Origin: Patellaria atrata CBS 101060
Lineage: Eukaryota
Direction of reading: 5' to 3'
Length of the DNA stretch: 48,396 nucleotides
Assembly (NCBI GenBank): GCA_010093705.1
Contig: MU006113.1
Span: 68,849-117,244, forward strand
Shown in pieces: positions 11,699-24,515 of the stretch. Position 1 is the stretch's first letter; each line of letters begins with the position of its first letter. The notes below the pieces were generated by a model. The model was given only the letters and a program-made list of their open reading frames with translations. It was not told the DNA's origin and did not search any database. A program made the position numbers and the translations under genes.

Positions 11699-13015
11699 AT
11701 TGTCGAAGGCGAAGATCGTAACGAGCGACGGAAGTGAGAGGGTTTTAAAGAATGTTAATTTGACGCGAGGGTCATGAGAGGGGAGCTCCGGAAGGCCTTA
11801 AGAGACTCGATCATCCAACGGCGAATTGGTTAAATCCGGGAGGTTGAAAGAGCTCAGAAGGTCTTTGCAAGAATCTGCACCGTGGTGAGTGAGATTCAAG
11901 CGCTGATAGCGGCGGCTCTGACTTGTCAATGGAAGCGTGGAGAAATGGGAAGTTTGCGGGGGCGGGCTGTTTATATAGTCGCAAGCACAGGCCCTTTGAG
12001 ACATTCGCGGTGACTGGTGTTGGTTGGTGTTGAATGGCATGTTATCCCTGTCAATACCTGTAGGCTGCGGACGATAGCCAGGGCGATGCCCTTGGCTGCA
12101 TCTGCCCAAAAGTCATTGGATCCCTTGGGTATATAAGGCAAGGCAACAATCGTAGGGCAACAAGGCGAACGTTGATATCGACCCTATTTCCGGGGAAGAT
12201 GCTTTTGGATATAGCTTCGTGTCCGAATCGGAGTTACCGCGTGATGACTAAAGGATGATATTGAACAGAGGAAAGAAATTGGCATGGTATTCTGATATCG
12301 GTCATAGACAAGCTTATGGCACGATGGAACGGGAATAGAACTATGGACCTGTGCCAACAGATCAATGGTATGACTTGAAAGAGATGGATGTACAGTATGG
12401 ACTACCTTACCTACAGCCCTCTGCGGGTTGCTTACCCTTTCATGGGATTTTGAAAGATTTAGGGAAATCATTACCTCCGGTTCAGTTGATGTTCAGAACA
12501 GCAGAAGGTTAGGAGGGAGGGCCATGCTGTCAAAGGGTCTTTGAAACGGGACCCGATGAAGTGTTATGGTCATCTTCGAGGTCGAGACAATAAGGTCATT
12601 TTGACACTCGCTCTTGATTCTTTAAAAGAAATCAAAGAGTTGAGTGAGTCCATGGACGAATTTCTGTCATAAGTTAGCCCGTGCTTAGAGCTAGTACCAT
12701 CCAATACTGTACCTGAATACTTATCGTGTACCTATCAAGCTGAATGTACCAGGCAACAATATAAGTCCTTCACTACTCGGGTTAGCTACTGAGCTTTGAT
12801 CAAACGACATCTGCCTGACACTTGACATATCCCATCTGGAAAACATATATAAAGTACCTTATACTCACCTCAATCGTACACACTCTCTCATCTCTTCCGC
12901 AACTGCCTCCGGAGACCCCACTACTAGTTCTCACGCTCCCCCACTACACGAAGAAAGAAGCTCTTTCCACAAACATACAATTCGGCACGCGGGTGACACT
13001 TAATACTCGATCACC

Positions 13016-13613
13016 ATGGCAAACCGTAAACGAATTGTCAAAGTATGAGTGGAATACCTTAGCCAGACATCAAGCTGTCATATATCTCCGCACCTGTATG
13101 CTAAGACTCATTGCTAGGAATTGTCAGATGTAACTCGCTCCCCTCCACCAGGCACACGCGTACAACTCCTCGATGAATCCGACGTTCATATCTGGGAGGT
13201 CCTCATGGACGGTCCTCCCGAGTCTGTCTACGTTGTATGTATAGGTGTTCTACCCCTCACTTCGCTCTCATACTCACAGCATTGTCACAAAGGGTGGCCA
13301 CTTTAAGATCAAAGTCACACTTCCCACAGATTACCCCTTCAAACCTCCCCTCCTGAGCTTCACGACCAAGATCTACCATCCCAATGTCTCTAATGACGAC
13401 AAAGGATCCATGTGTCTTGGTATGCTGCGGTCCGATGAGTGGAAGCCGGCGAATAGGATCAGTGCGGCCATAGAGATGGCGAGGAACTTACTCATAGCAC
13501 CGAATGCCGATGATGCGGTGGAGGTTAGCATCGCGGATCAGTTCAAGAACGACCGTGCGGAGTTTGAAAAGATCGCTAAAGACTGGACGAAGAGGTACGC
13601 TGGGAAGGCGTAG
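13016..13613 (+). CDS. Ubiquitin-conjugating enzyme E2 (Ubc4/5-related, Ubc14-like), 3 exons
   Basis: MANRKRIVK|ELSD...W.VLMDGPPESVY|GGHFKI...DYPFKPP...TKIYHPNV...GSMCLGML (catalytic Cys)...WKPA...WTKRYA. Confidence 0.95.
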
Positions 13614-13989
13614 ATATATGAACGTAATGGGAGTGGGTGTTGGGCAATGTGTCGAGGGTAATACAGTGGTGCGGAAACCATTTCAGGCGCTGGGAATGCA
13701 TCGAGACGGAGTTATCCTGATATTTCGTCACTCTAGAACAGTCCTTTCTATAGGCTGCCAGGAGCGAGCTCACTATGGATTAGATGATTACGACTAATGG
13801 GAGGAATAACTCCTCATCCCATCACTATGTGCAGAAGCTCCTACTCTGATTTAACCACAAAGATCGCCCCAAGGTGATCTGAAAACGTTCCAATCGAAAT
13901 ATGTACAAGTACAATACGATGAGCACCTTGATGGTTAGATTTCAGCAGAAAGAGTGTATAATAATGACTGTAGAATGCACATAATACGC

Positions 13990-14689
13990 TCATTCTCCGT
14001 CAAGGATGGAGCTAGCTAGAGGTCCGAAGAAGGGTAGCTCGCATCTGTCGAGTATCGCAGCTGTATTATATCAGTCTTGGTTGCCATCCTACCAGTAGAA
14101 CTTTCACTCACCATCTTGATAGGCCTTAAACGTCAAATATCCTATTAGCCCCAGATCGCAAATAAGCAACAAATATGAAATGAAGCTCGTCCAAGAGAAT
14201 ATTATATGCACAATCTCCACAAGTCAGCATGTCTCACACACCTTTCCCAGCCTCATCCACCTAACCACTTACAAACATAAACGTGAACAATAAACTACTC
14301 TGCCACGCATGAAATCTGACATAATCACTCCTATGCTCCAGCACCAACAGTAGTACTGCTCCAGCCGGCGGCAGTAACAAATACGCCAAACACGCCTCAT
14401 AGTCCATCCTTATGCCTAGCCGAGTCTCAAACATATCGATGTCTTCCCTTCCACTTCCGAAACCACTCGGGGCAGGAAGCCCACTCTGCCCGCGCTCTAC
14501 ATCGGGGTTGTCGAAGTATGTGCTGCGCGGGGCGTGTTCATTGCGCGGTGATGTCACTGCCGCGGTGCCGATGTTCCGGGTTGCGTTTAAGGATGCGCGG
14601 GGGGAGGGAGAGAGATGGGGTGAGGTTGGAGGCGGAGAGAGGGCGCGGACAGTCTCTGGAGTTGTGTCTTGGTAGGGAGCGAAGGACAT
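13990..14689 (-). CDS. Small integral membrane protein, UPF0132-like, 3 exons
   Basis: FETRLGIRMDYEACLAYLLLPPAGAVLLLVLEHRSDYVRFHAWQSSLLF; further hydrophobic exon 14113-14215; end ILDRCELPFFGPLASSILDGE*. Confidence 0.82.
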
Positions 14690-14921
14690 TTTGGTGCTAT
14701 TTGGAGGTGGTGTTTATGAAAGCTGCGGGATAACTACTGTAAGGTACAGACGATAAGGTCGGGAAGCTCTATGATCGGGATATCTTCGGGTGTGCTTGTG
14801 AGGACACCCTTGTGCTTAGGGATAGGAGCTCCTCCGTGTTTATAAACAGGAGAACGAGAGATTACCACCCCCGACTGACATTTGAAACTCTGACCTGACG
14901 CTCATTTGAATTGATATCACG

Positions 14922-15708
<787 letters not shown>

Positions 15709-16111
15709 GTTCAATGTGATAGAAGGATCGGGAGGGTGTAGGTATCATCTATATGGAGTTGGAAATATCCTAAGGTTGGATATGGATAGATTATTGTAAT
15801 ATTGAGTCTATGAAATCTGTCTCATGTCACTTATGCTCCCTTTGCCACAGACCTCTCAGCTCGTCCTCCGCCTTATTCTACCCTACGTTTCCGGAAATTC
15901 CTCGACATTCACGTTCTCGTCTAAGGGAATGCGTGAGATGAACTTTTTTGGGCCCCTGTCAGTAAGAGCCGCATCGCGCCTTGGCGTCGACTAAGCGAAA
16001 AGCGCCCACACAACAGCGAACCTCAACCTCGACTGTGGCTCTGAGAATTCTATTGCGACAATACAACACCGGCGACTAGGCCACGACAACATCAATCACT
16101 AGTTGCCCATT

Positions 16112-16911
16112 ATGTGTAAGTTCTTTATCAGCGCCTTACGCGCGGCCTCAATGATATACTGACCAATTCTGCAGCTCTCGTATCCGGCGAGAAGAGGTAT
16201 ACGGAGTCCACGACAGCCCCCGACAGTATGGCTTCTAACAATGATATAGCAACTTCCAATTTATCCTTCGTCTCCTCAACACCAATGTTGATGGCAAGCA
16301 GAAGGTTATGTACGCCTTGACTAAGTAAGGAACACCAAACAAGGGTTAGAAAGGTGGCAGAGGCTCATCTACAATAGGATCAAGGGTGTCGGCCGTCGTT
16401 ATTCCAACTTGGTTTGCAAGAAGGCGGATGTTGAGTAAGGATATACCATGGAGATTTGGCCTTCAAAATGCAATTCTGACGGCTGGAATAGTCTCAATAA
16501 GCGCGCCGGTGAACTTACCTCTGAAGAGCTTGAACGCATTGTCACCATGTAATATGCCCTCTCCACCATCACCTATTCATCACCATTCGCTTTTCGACCC
16601 ATTTGCTCCTGCTTAAACTTCGGTTTATCTATTTTTCGGTCTACTAATCAGACTGTAGCATCCAAAACCCTACCCAATACAAGATTCCCGCCTGGTTCCT
16701 GAACAGACAGCGCGATATCGTCGATGGCAAGGACTCACAAATCCTCGCCAACGGTGTCGACTCTAAGCTCCGTGACGATTTGGAACGCCTAAAGAAGATC
16801 CGAGCGCACAGGGGTCTTCGTCACTATTGGGGTCTCAGAGTTAGGGGTCAACACTCGAAGACGACCGGCAGGCGCGGAAGGACCGTCGGTGTGTCGAAGA
16901 AGAAGGGTTAA
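16112..16911 (+). CDS. RPS18: 40S ribosomal protein S18 (uS13), 6 exons
   Basis: Spliced product [62 protein letters not shown]...[12 protein letters not shown]...[38 protein letters not shown]; five GT-AG introns. Confidence 0.98.
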
Positions 16912-17102
16912 GCATGTGCGAGACGATTGGAGTTTGTACTTGGGGGTTTGCGTTTGGCTGCATTTGCTGGGCTGCCTCCTAGAATCATTGAAATGGAATG
17001 GAAATTCACGTGTGACTATTACGGCTTGATAGGAATAAAATTTCCGTCGATTTACAGTGGTTCTATCCAATATGACTTTCATTTTTTCATCCTACGGTCT
17101 CT

Positions 17103-18105
17103 TTAGTAATCGTAAAATCCCTTCCCAGTTTTCTTCCCTAACCAACCTGCGTCCACCATCTTCCGCAACAGCACCGCGGGTCTATATTTACTATCCCCCG
17201 TCTCCTCATACAACACCCGCATAATCGCCAAACACGTATCAATCCCAATAAAATCCGCCAACTGCAGCGGGCCCATGGGCACATTCGTCCCATTCTTCAT
17301 AATAGCATCAATATCATCTCTCTCCCCGACCCCAGTCTCCAAACATATAATAGCCTCATTAATATATGGCATGAGAATTCTGTTGGCCAGAAACCCGGGC
17401 GAGTCCCCAGACTGCGAGGGAATCTTGCCCATCGCCTTGCAGAACGATATAGCGGTGGATACAGTGGCCTCGGACGTCTGCAGGCCGGTTATGATTTCGA
17501 CGCCCTTTTGGACCGGTACGGGGTTCATGAAGTGCGTGCTCACGACGCGCGAGGCCGCATCCGGGGAGCCAGTCGCCGCAGCGATCTTAGTGATGGAGAT
17601 GGAGGAGGTATTAGTCGCGAGGATGGCATGCGGGGCGCAGATCGAGGCGAGGCGGGCGAAGATGTCAGTCTTGAGCGAGGGAATCTCCGGCACAGCTTCG
17701 ATCACGAAGTCGACGTCCGAGACGTCTTCCATGTTTGTGCTCACGCTCAATCGCTCCCGTGTAGCAGCCGCATCGTCTTTGGAGATCCGTTGCTTCCCGA
17801 CGTCTTTCTCGAGGAGCTTGTCGGCGAACTTGAGACCTTTGTCTAGAGAGGCTTGCGAGGTGTCGATTAGCTTTACGGGGATTTGGGCTTTTTGCGCGGC
17901 TACGAGGGCGATTCCTAGGCCCTGAGTATAGTCAATTGGGTGTTCGAGTTGAAGGGGAGAATGGGTGCTGTACCATCTGTCCTGCTCCAATAACCCCGAG
18001 CTTCTTCACCTCTGCAGGCCCGGAAATGGGAGCGGAGCTGAATTGGCGACATTGGTGAACGGCCCGGCGGCAAAGTGCTTGCCGTGAAGCTGCCGAAAGA
18101 GACAT
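17103..18105 (-). CDS. 3-hydroxybutyryl/3-hydroxyacyl-CoA dehydrogenase, probably mitochondrial
   Basis: Arg/Ser-rich presequence [14 protein letters not shown]; Rossmann motif [70 protein letters not shown]; intron about 17922-17973. Confidence 0.95.
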
Positions 18106-18290
18106 TATGGTAATAGAGATTTAAAAGGGGAGTTGTACAGCTCTTTGACAGAAATCACTGAATGGGTGTGTGAGTTCCGTGAAGCTTGTGATACATTATG
18201 ACGGACCTCGGGTAGAAGCGGTCTTCCCTCCGACGAAATGGAAAGCTTGTGCAAACCTTGCAAACACCAGTTCCCACAACCCCTGTCAGG

Positions 18291-18316
18291 CGCGTCTCGC
18301 ATCGCGTCTTTCGCGT
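18291..18316. promoter_or_regulatory. Three clustered CGCGT/ACGCG (MCB-like) elements upstream of TOF1
   Basis: cgcgt at 18291, 18303 and 18312 (reverse strand includes ACGCGAAA), 80-105 nt before the TOF1 ATG. Fungal replication-fork genes are typical MBF targets. Confidence 0.6.
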
Positions 18317-18395
18317 AAAGCTGTTTTAAGTTCTATCAGTTTGTCCATAAACTCATGTAAATGTTTGATCGTCTGCATTTTGAAAGCACAACAAG

Positions 18396-21300
18396 ATGAG
18401 TCTGGACGATTGGGTATATTCGACGAACGATACGGTGGATGCGGAGGTGCGGGCGCATGTGTATAGTCTGGTCACTGCGGTAATTGCTCTTTATTCCTCA
18501 ATATCATGCTATGGAGCTAATCAGAGATAGGTCGGTGGGACCAGTGCAGAACTTGACGGTCGTTACGTACTGGGTGATGATGCGCTTGCCTGTTTGAAAG
18601 ATTTGAAGAGATGGCTAAGTCTGTATGATACAAGATTGAAGCGCTTGGATGTTGCGCGATGCATAGCAGAAGCAAATCTAGTCAAGGGTGATTTGCTGGA
18701 GATATTGGCGTTATGGCATGAGGCGGACTCAGATACGTCTCTGAGAGCGAAAACTGCGTCTTCTTGTCTAGAACTTCTCGTCCCATTGACATGGCCGATC
18801 GAGATCGAGGATATCGAATTCAAGGTCAACCACCATCGACACATGCCATTCCTCCAACTTGCTCAAGCCGGATATAAAAGGGATATTCTTCAACATGAAT
18901 CGAATATTCTAAGGACCATTGTAAGGGTTGGGCTACCGGCTATGGCAGTTCCTATGCGTGAAAGAAACCCACGGGAGGAGGGTATCATCCGGTTGGTGCT
19001 CTACTTCCTCCGAAACATTGCAGTTATTGCACCCCCTCGCGATACTCCTATGGACACGGACGAGGCCGAGATCTCACGATCCGCTACCATCGATACCTTT
19101 CACTCGCAGGACATTTTTCAGCTTCTTCTAACTGTGTCATCGAGTATGGGCGATGAGTTTTCGACACAAGATGTTATTATACTTGAGATATTGTTTCATC
19201 TACTCAAGGGAGTGGACGTCGAGAAGCTGTTTATGGAAGAGCAGACATTGGCTCATGAGAATACAAACGAATTCAAAGCCTTGTTACAGAAAGAGAAGGC
19301 CATGTTAGCTGGGTATGCAAGACATGCTCCTACAAGACACAATAGATTCGGCACCATGATCTGGGTTAAGCGGGACGATGACAAGGTGTCGACAGTCTCT
19401 GGACAGGATGTCCTTGGAAAGGCTCAACAGAGTATACTTCACATGGACAAGTCTAAGAAATGGAATAAACCAAGACGAGGAACGAAGAAGACCGATGAGA
19501 GAGTTCAGAACGAGTTCGACACTCAAACTAGACTTACTTCATCCGCCCGGAAGCATTTGCGAAGGTTTGTGGAGGAGTTCCTCGATTCCGCATTCAATCC
19601 TCTATTCATGCACGTTCGAAAGGCCATCGAGCGTGAAACCGACCGGGTTCTCAAAATCCACTCAAGACAGTATTTCTATCTTATCTCATGGTTTCTCCAA
19701 GCAGAAGTCGCCAGACGAAAGCGGGAGAAGGCAAAGGCAGCAGCAGCTGGTAAAAAGTCCACACCATCTGCCTCTGAAGACGAAAGTTTTGCATTGATCG
19801 CAAGTGTAATGGATCAAGAGACCTTCATTCTACTTAATCGATATATGCAACGCAGTGAAGATGAGAAGCAATGGCAAGACCTTAATGCTTGTATGAAGTG
19901 TTTTACACAAATCTTACTCATGGTCCAAGAGATGTCTGATTCACTGGGAGAGGATGATCAGGAAATTGCAGAGAACATCCAGAACCGTATCTTCTACGAG
20001 GAGACGACGCATGATCGTATCGTCACCATCCTGAGGAACTACAAAGACCAAGGCCTAGGATATCTCGATGCATGTACCGAGCTATCCCATGTCTTCGTGC
20101 GCATGTTGGAACGGTACTCGAAACAGAATGTGGATCTACAAGTTCGATCAAAGAGAAGAGCACGTAGAAAGAGGAAGGCGCGTGCTGAAGTGGAAGGCGA
20201 CCTAGATGCGGTACAAGACCAAGTCTCTGATGGCGAAGATATACGCGAAGCGCAGCGAACGGCTACGGAACGGAAATTCGATTTCACTCGATTCGCTGCC
20301 CGTTTTACAACACAAAGCTGTATCAATACCTTTGTGTCGTTCACAAAGTTCTACAATGACCTCAGCTTAGAACAGTTGAAACGTTGTCACCGATTCTTCT
20401 ACCGAGTAGCGTTCAAGCTCGAGTCGTCTATGCTCCTATTTCGTGTCGATATCCTACATCTATTTAATAAAATGATCAAAGGGCCGGAGAACTTGGATCC
20501 TGAACTGCCAATCTTCAAAGAGTGGGAAGAACTCGTAAAACAGATCTTTAAGCGGGCAATAAAGAAAATACAGGAACGGCCCGAATTAGTTGTAGAGATG
20601 TTATTCAGCAAGATTCCCACAACGATGTATTATCTTGAACATGGATATGAGAGAGAGATCGTCAAGAGAGCACCGAGAGCTCCAGCGGAGCTTGAAGTCA
20701 AACCTGGTATGGAGAAGGCTGATCAAATTGGAGTCGCCGTCTCGATTCTAGTTGATCAAACTAAAATGGACGCGATAAAATGGGTAAAGGATGTCCTACA
20801 ATCAGCTACAAGCGAGAGGGAGGCATGGGAAGCAGAGAACCAGGCCAGAGCTACTGCAAACCAAGAAACGTCCGGCAGCACCGAGGGTGAGAATTCAAAC
20901 GATCAAGGTCTTAAAGCACCTTCAATTGGTAAGTCTATAGTACTCGTCCTCAGAATATTTGCTAACACCACGAACTCAGTTGTCAAGCCGGATAATGACC
21001 AACGCCGTATTGCTATGTTCAAAGATAATAAACTCCGTCTACTGATGAAACTTGTTGGATTTGAGCGGATGGGTCTAGATGACGACATCGAAGCCACTTG
21101 GATCATACCTTCTGATCTTTCGAGTGAAACCCTTAACGAAAATCTCAACCTCGTACGGAAGTTTGAGGCTGAGTTGCCTACTTACGAAGATGGAAAGTCC
21201 GCTGAAGACTTCGTCCGCAGCAAAGCCGCGGCAGCACGTAAGCGTGCTGAATATGATGATGACAGTGATGGTATTGTTAGTGACGGCGACGGCGACGGTG

Positions 21301-21998
21301 AACTGCTTTTCGAGCCAGGTGGTCCAACTAAGCGAAAATCTGACGCTTTAGAGGAACTCAAGAAGAGACGAAGGAAGAGGAATCGCCATGGTGAAGAACC
21401 TGACGACGAAGAAAAGGCTAAGAGGGCAGAGATGCGCAGAGAGCGGGAAAGGGAAAATCTCGAGAAGATCAAGAGTGCCAAGTTCATCCATGATTCTGAC
21501 GACGAGAGTGACGAGGAGCGAGACCGGGCATTCTTTGCTAGAGAAGAACTTCTGAGATTGAAAACTGGACGTCTCGCATCTGGCAGACCGGTTAAGGAAA
21601 GTGGCCCTAAGAAGCGGAAAGCAGATGTAGAGGGCAACAAGCGTAAGAAGAGGAGAAAGAGCGTTGACTCTGATGATGAGGAAGGGTCAGACGGGAACAG
21701 TGACGATGTCGTAAACATCAGCAGCGACTCGAGTTCCTCTGAGGAAGATAATGTGAATGTAGATTCAGAGGAAGAAACAGTGGACACTCCATTATCATCA
21801 CAGCAGCCGGTTGCCACGCCAGCAGTGGATGAGGATGAGCCCCTTAAAGAGCCTCCTACGAAGACTAGAGCAGCTAGTGAAGACACTGAGATGGTTGATG
21901 TGGATGAGGATGATGAGGATGATGATATTCCTATGCGGAAAGATAGGAGAAGAAATGTAAGGGCTGGCTTCGTCGTTAACGAAAGCGACTCTGAATGA
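18396..21998 (+). CDS. TOF1: Replication fork protection complex subunit Tof1/Swi1/Timeless
   Basis: VYSLVTA|VGG...YVLGDDALACLKDLKRWL, LELLVPLTWP, PTRHNRFGTMIWV, EIAENIQNRIFYE, acidic/basic C-terminal tail; introns 18480-18530 and 20929-20979. Confidence 0.95.
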
Positions 21999-22352
21999 AC
22001 AACGACGTGAGGAAGTTGGTAAGGGATGGAAATGGTTTGACTGCATAGCAACGGCGTTCATTTTGTCATACCCCTTTGTTTAGGTTTATATCCACATTTT
22101 CAAAGCCCACAGTCATTCTCCACAATTTTCAATGTCGCCGTCCTTCACGTTTTCAATGTCACTGACCTTGGCATTATCGATAGAGTACCTTATTCATGTG
22201 ACATCTACAGCAGGCAAGTACCTTACAAAGATACCTTCCGCACATTATAAACAACAACAGTCTTGAAGTTCGCACCTGCTACTCCAAGTCTCCACTAAGT
22301 CTTCCTTCCTCTGTTTCCAATACAGACCCACCTCACCGTTGCATCTCTTAAA

Positions 22353-23883
22353 ATGTGCTCTAAACACATCACCATGTTTGAAATCTCAACTGTCAAAAAA
22401 AGTCCCACAATGGCTCCCACCGACTCCAAGCCCTCCAAATGCCCAACTGACCGCAAAATCAAACGATTCAGTTCAATTACAAACTTCAGTGTCCCGCACA
22501 ATCTCTTCTCGCGTAGGAAAGAGAAGTCAACCGACAATCCTCCTCCACCTCCACGTCCTCCTACCAGTATCCGCGCTACTATCATGGATACTTCTGTCCC
22601 CTACAATCCTGCGGTACCAGCTTTTATCCTGGCGTCCCGCATTCCTCCTCTGTCGCCAAACACACCGCTTCAGTCGAAGAAGTCGATCGAATTGATACCA
22701 ACAACGGAGCCGGTGACAGCGACACCAAATTCAGAGATCGGCCCGCTCCCGTCTTTTCCAAGCACAGCAACGAGTAGCACCAAAACGAAGAGGACGAGTC
22801 TTCCACGCAGTCTCACAACATCCTACCTCCCCTCCTCGAGCATCCCGTCACCACGAAGCAGCACGAGCTCTCAGCTCCCGCCCTCGCGCATCCCTTCTCC
22901 CCGAAGCAGTCAAAGCTCTCAGCTCCCACCCTCGCGAATCCCTTCTCCCCGAAGCATTCAAAGCTCACAGCTCCCACCCTCACGCATTCCGACGCCGGCT
23001 CGTCGAAGCCCTTACCAGACCAATGTGCGCGCCAGTGCTTCATACGCGCAACAGCAGCGCCCGCAACAAGTCAAGCTACCCAGGTCCGCGACACAGCCGA
23101 ATGTTCATGCTTTTGTGGTCCCGAGGAAGCCAGTGGGTGATGAATGTGGTGGAGGTGTTGCGGCGGGAAGAAGGATGACGAGTGGAATGTCAGTGTTGAA
23201 GAGGTATGGGCCCAACGGTGGCATGTCGACGACTCATAATCGATCAGGGAGCCAGACGATGATTGCTCAGAGGGGATTATTAGCACCTTTGAGTCCGGGG
23301 ACGACGACGTTGGCGACGAAGCAGTGTGTGGATGTGAGCAAGGTAAGTGCTTGTACTATTGTGGAGTGATGGCGGAAGGTTTCGAAGTTATTGGGCCAAC
23401 GATCTATAGGTTTCCAAACAACGTCCCGTTGCATATTGGATCGGTCGCTTTATGTCTCTATACGATCAGGAGCGCAATGCGAGCATGGAGTTTGGTGTTA
23501 CCAATGCTGATATGGTCGAGGATCTGTATAGTGCGCAGACCGAGCTGGAACGGGTTAAGAGGATCTTTACACGGCTTCATCAGTGTACTGAGTCGGATGA
23601 GGCGAGGAAGAATCTTACTGTGAGTCACTTATTCTATCGTACATATGAAATAGATTGAAGGAGAAAACTAACGTCCCTTTAGGCGTTCCAACAGACCTAC
23701 GCAAAAAAGAACGGAATGCCCGCTATATCACCACCATTTGCGCATCCGTTGCATTGTATGGATGGTGAGGGTAAGTTGAAGAATGAGTTCGACGGTGCGA
23801 CAAGGAAGTCCTCTTGGGGAAGATTCCTTAATAAATTGGAGCGAAATTCTAAGATGGATATGTACACTACTGTTAAGACCTGA
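22353..23883 (+). CDS. Hypothetical Ser/Pro-rich protein with a small helical C-terminal domain, 3 exons (start could be 22353, 22374 or 22410)
   Basis: 338-aa ORF splices (GTAAGT 23343 to TAG 23409; GTGAGT 23620 to TAG 23682) into ...VAYWIGRFMSLYDQ...RVKRIFTRLHQCTESDEARKNLT|AFQQTYAK...; stop TGA 23881-23883. Confidence 0.7.
22826..22998 (+). repeat. Coding tandem repeat with a 42-nt unit (SSQLPPSRIPSPRS), about 4 copies
   Basis: agctctcagctccc(g/a)ccctcgcg(c/a)atcccttctccccgaagc is repeated, with degenerate first and last copies. Confidence 0.9.
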
Positions 23884-24184
23884 TATATTTGTTGCATCTG
23901 AGCAGTCGCAGATGCTGAATCACACAGTTGGAATGATGATCGGTCACTATTTTATTGAAAACGGGCGGACAACTGGTCTGTTAGTATTAGGTTGTACTAT
24001 AACTTTATAAATAAAACGTCTTCCTTGATATAAACAATTCTCTCTCGTCATCATCACTTATTTGTATACATAAAAGGGGTAACTTAAAAGAGATAACATA
24101 TATTTTATAGCATTGATCAGGAAGATAGCATTAGGGAGGAAAGAAGATAAAGAAAAAAATATATTTGGTTTGATTTGATTTCCC

Positions 24185-24396
24185 AAGTCTGACCCAGTAC
24201 AGGCGAATTGGAGTCATCCTTGGGCCCCAGAGGTCGTGCTCCCCCGGGGCCTAAGAGTTTCTAATGAGAGGTTTAGCTGTTCTAAGGAGATTATGGTAGA
24301 CATTAATGAGAGAGAACTTAACGATGACCGGAATCGACCCCACCGCCGCACGCATGATGCAAATCGTGCGTGGCCCCTAATGGGCCACCGAGACTT
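24185..24396 (-). ncRNA. Candidate Pol III-type structured ncRNA (about 150 nt spliced) containing a 62-nt spliceosomal-type intron
   Basis: TATATAAAAA 24421-24412; A box-like TGGCCCATTAGG 24387-24376; B box-like GGTCGATTCC 24339-24330; T7 run 24159-24153; terminal stem AAGTCT/AGACTT; intron GTTAAG...GCTAAAC...TAG 24322-24261. Confidence 0.55.
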
Positions 24397-24515
24397 TTGG
24401 CTGAACCCAAGTTTTTATATACTGAACGCAGCCCACTCGGTTTCGGGAAATTTTATACATCGCTTTTTGCTGCATCCTGTCCATCCCGTCTATCCCGTCC
24501 CTATGTGCGCTCCCG

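Noticed and set aside
16549..16658. Intronic snoRNA in the longest RPS18 intron
   Set aside because: No C/D box pair and no H/ACA double hairpin.
21182..22051. 289-aa antisense ORF
   Set aside because: It is the shadow of the low-complexity charged tail of TOF1.
24330..24395. Canonical tRNA gene
   Set aside because: A and B boxes and D- and anticodon-like arms are present, but there is no T stem or acceptor 3' strand after the B box. The partner of the 5' end lies about 140 nt further on.
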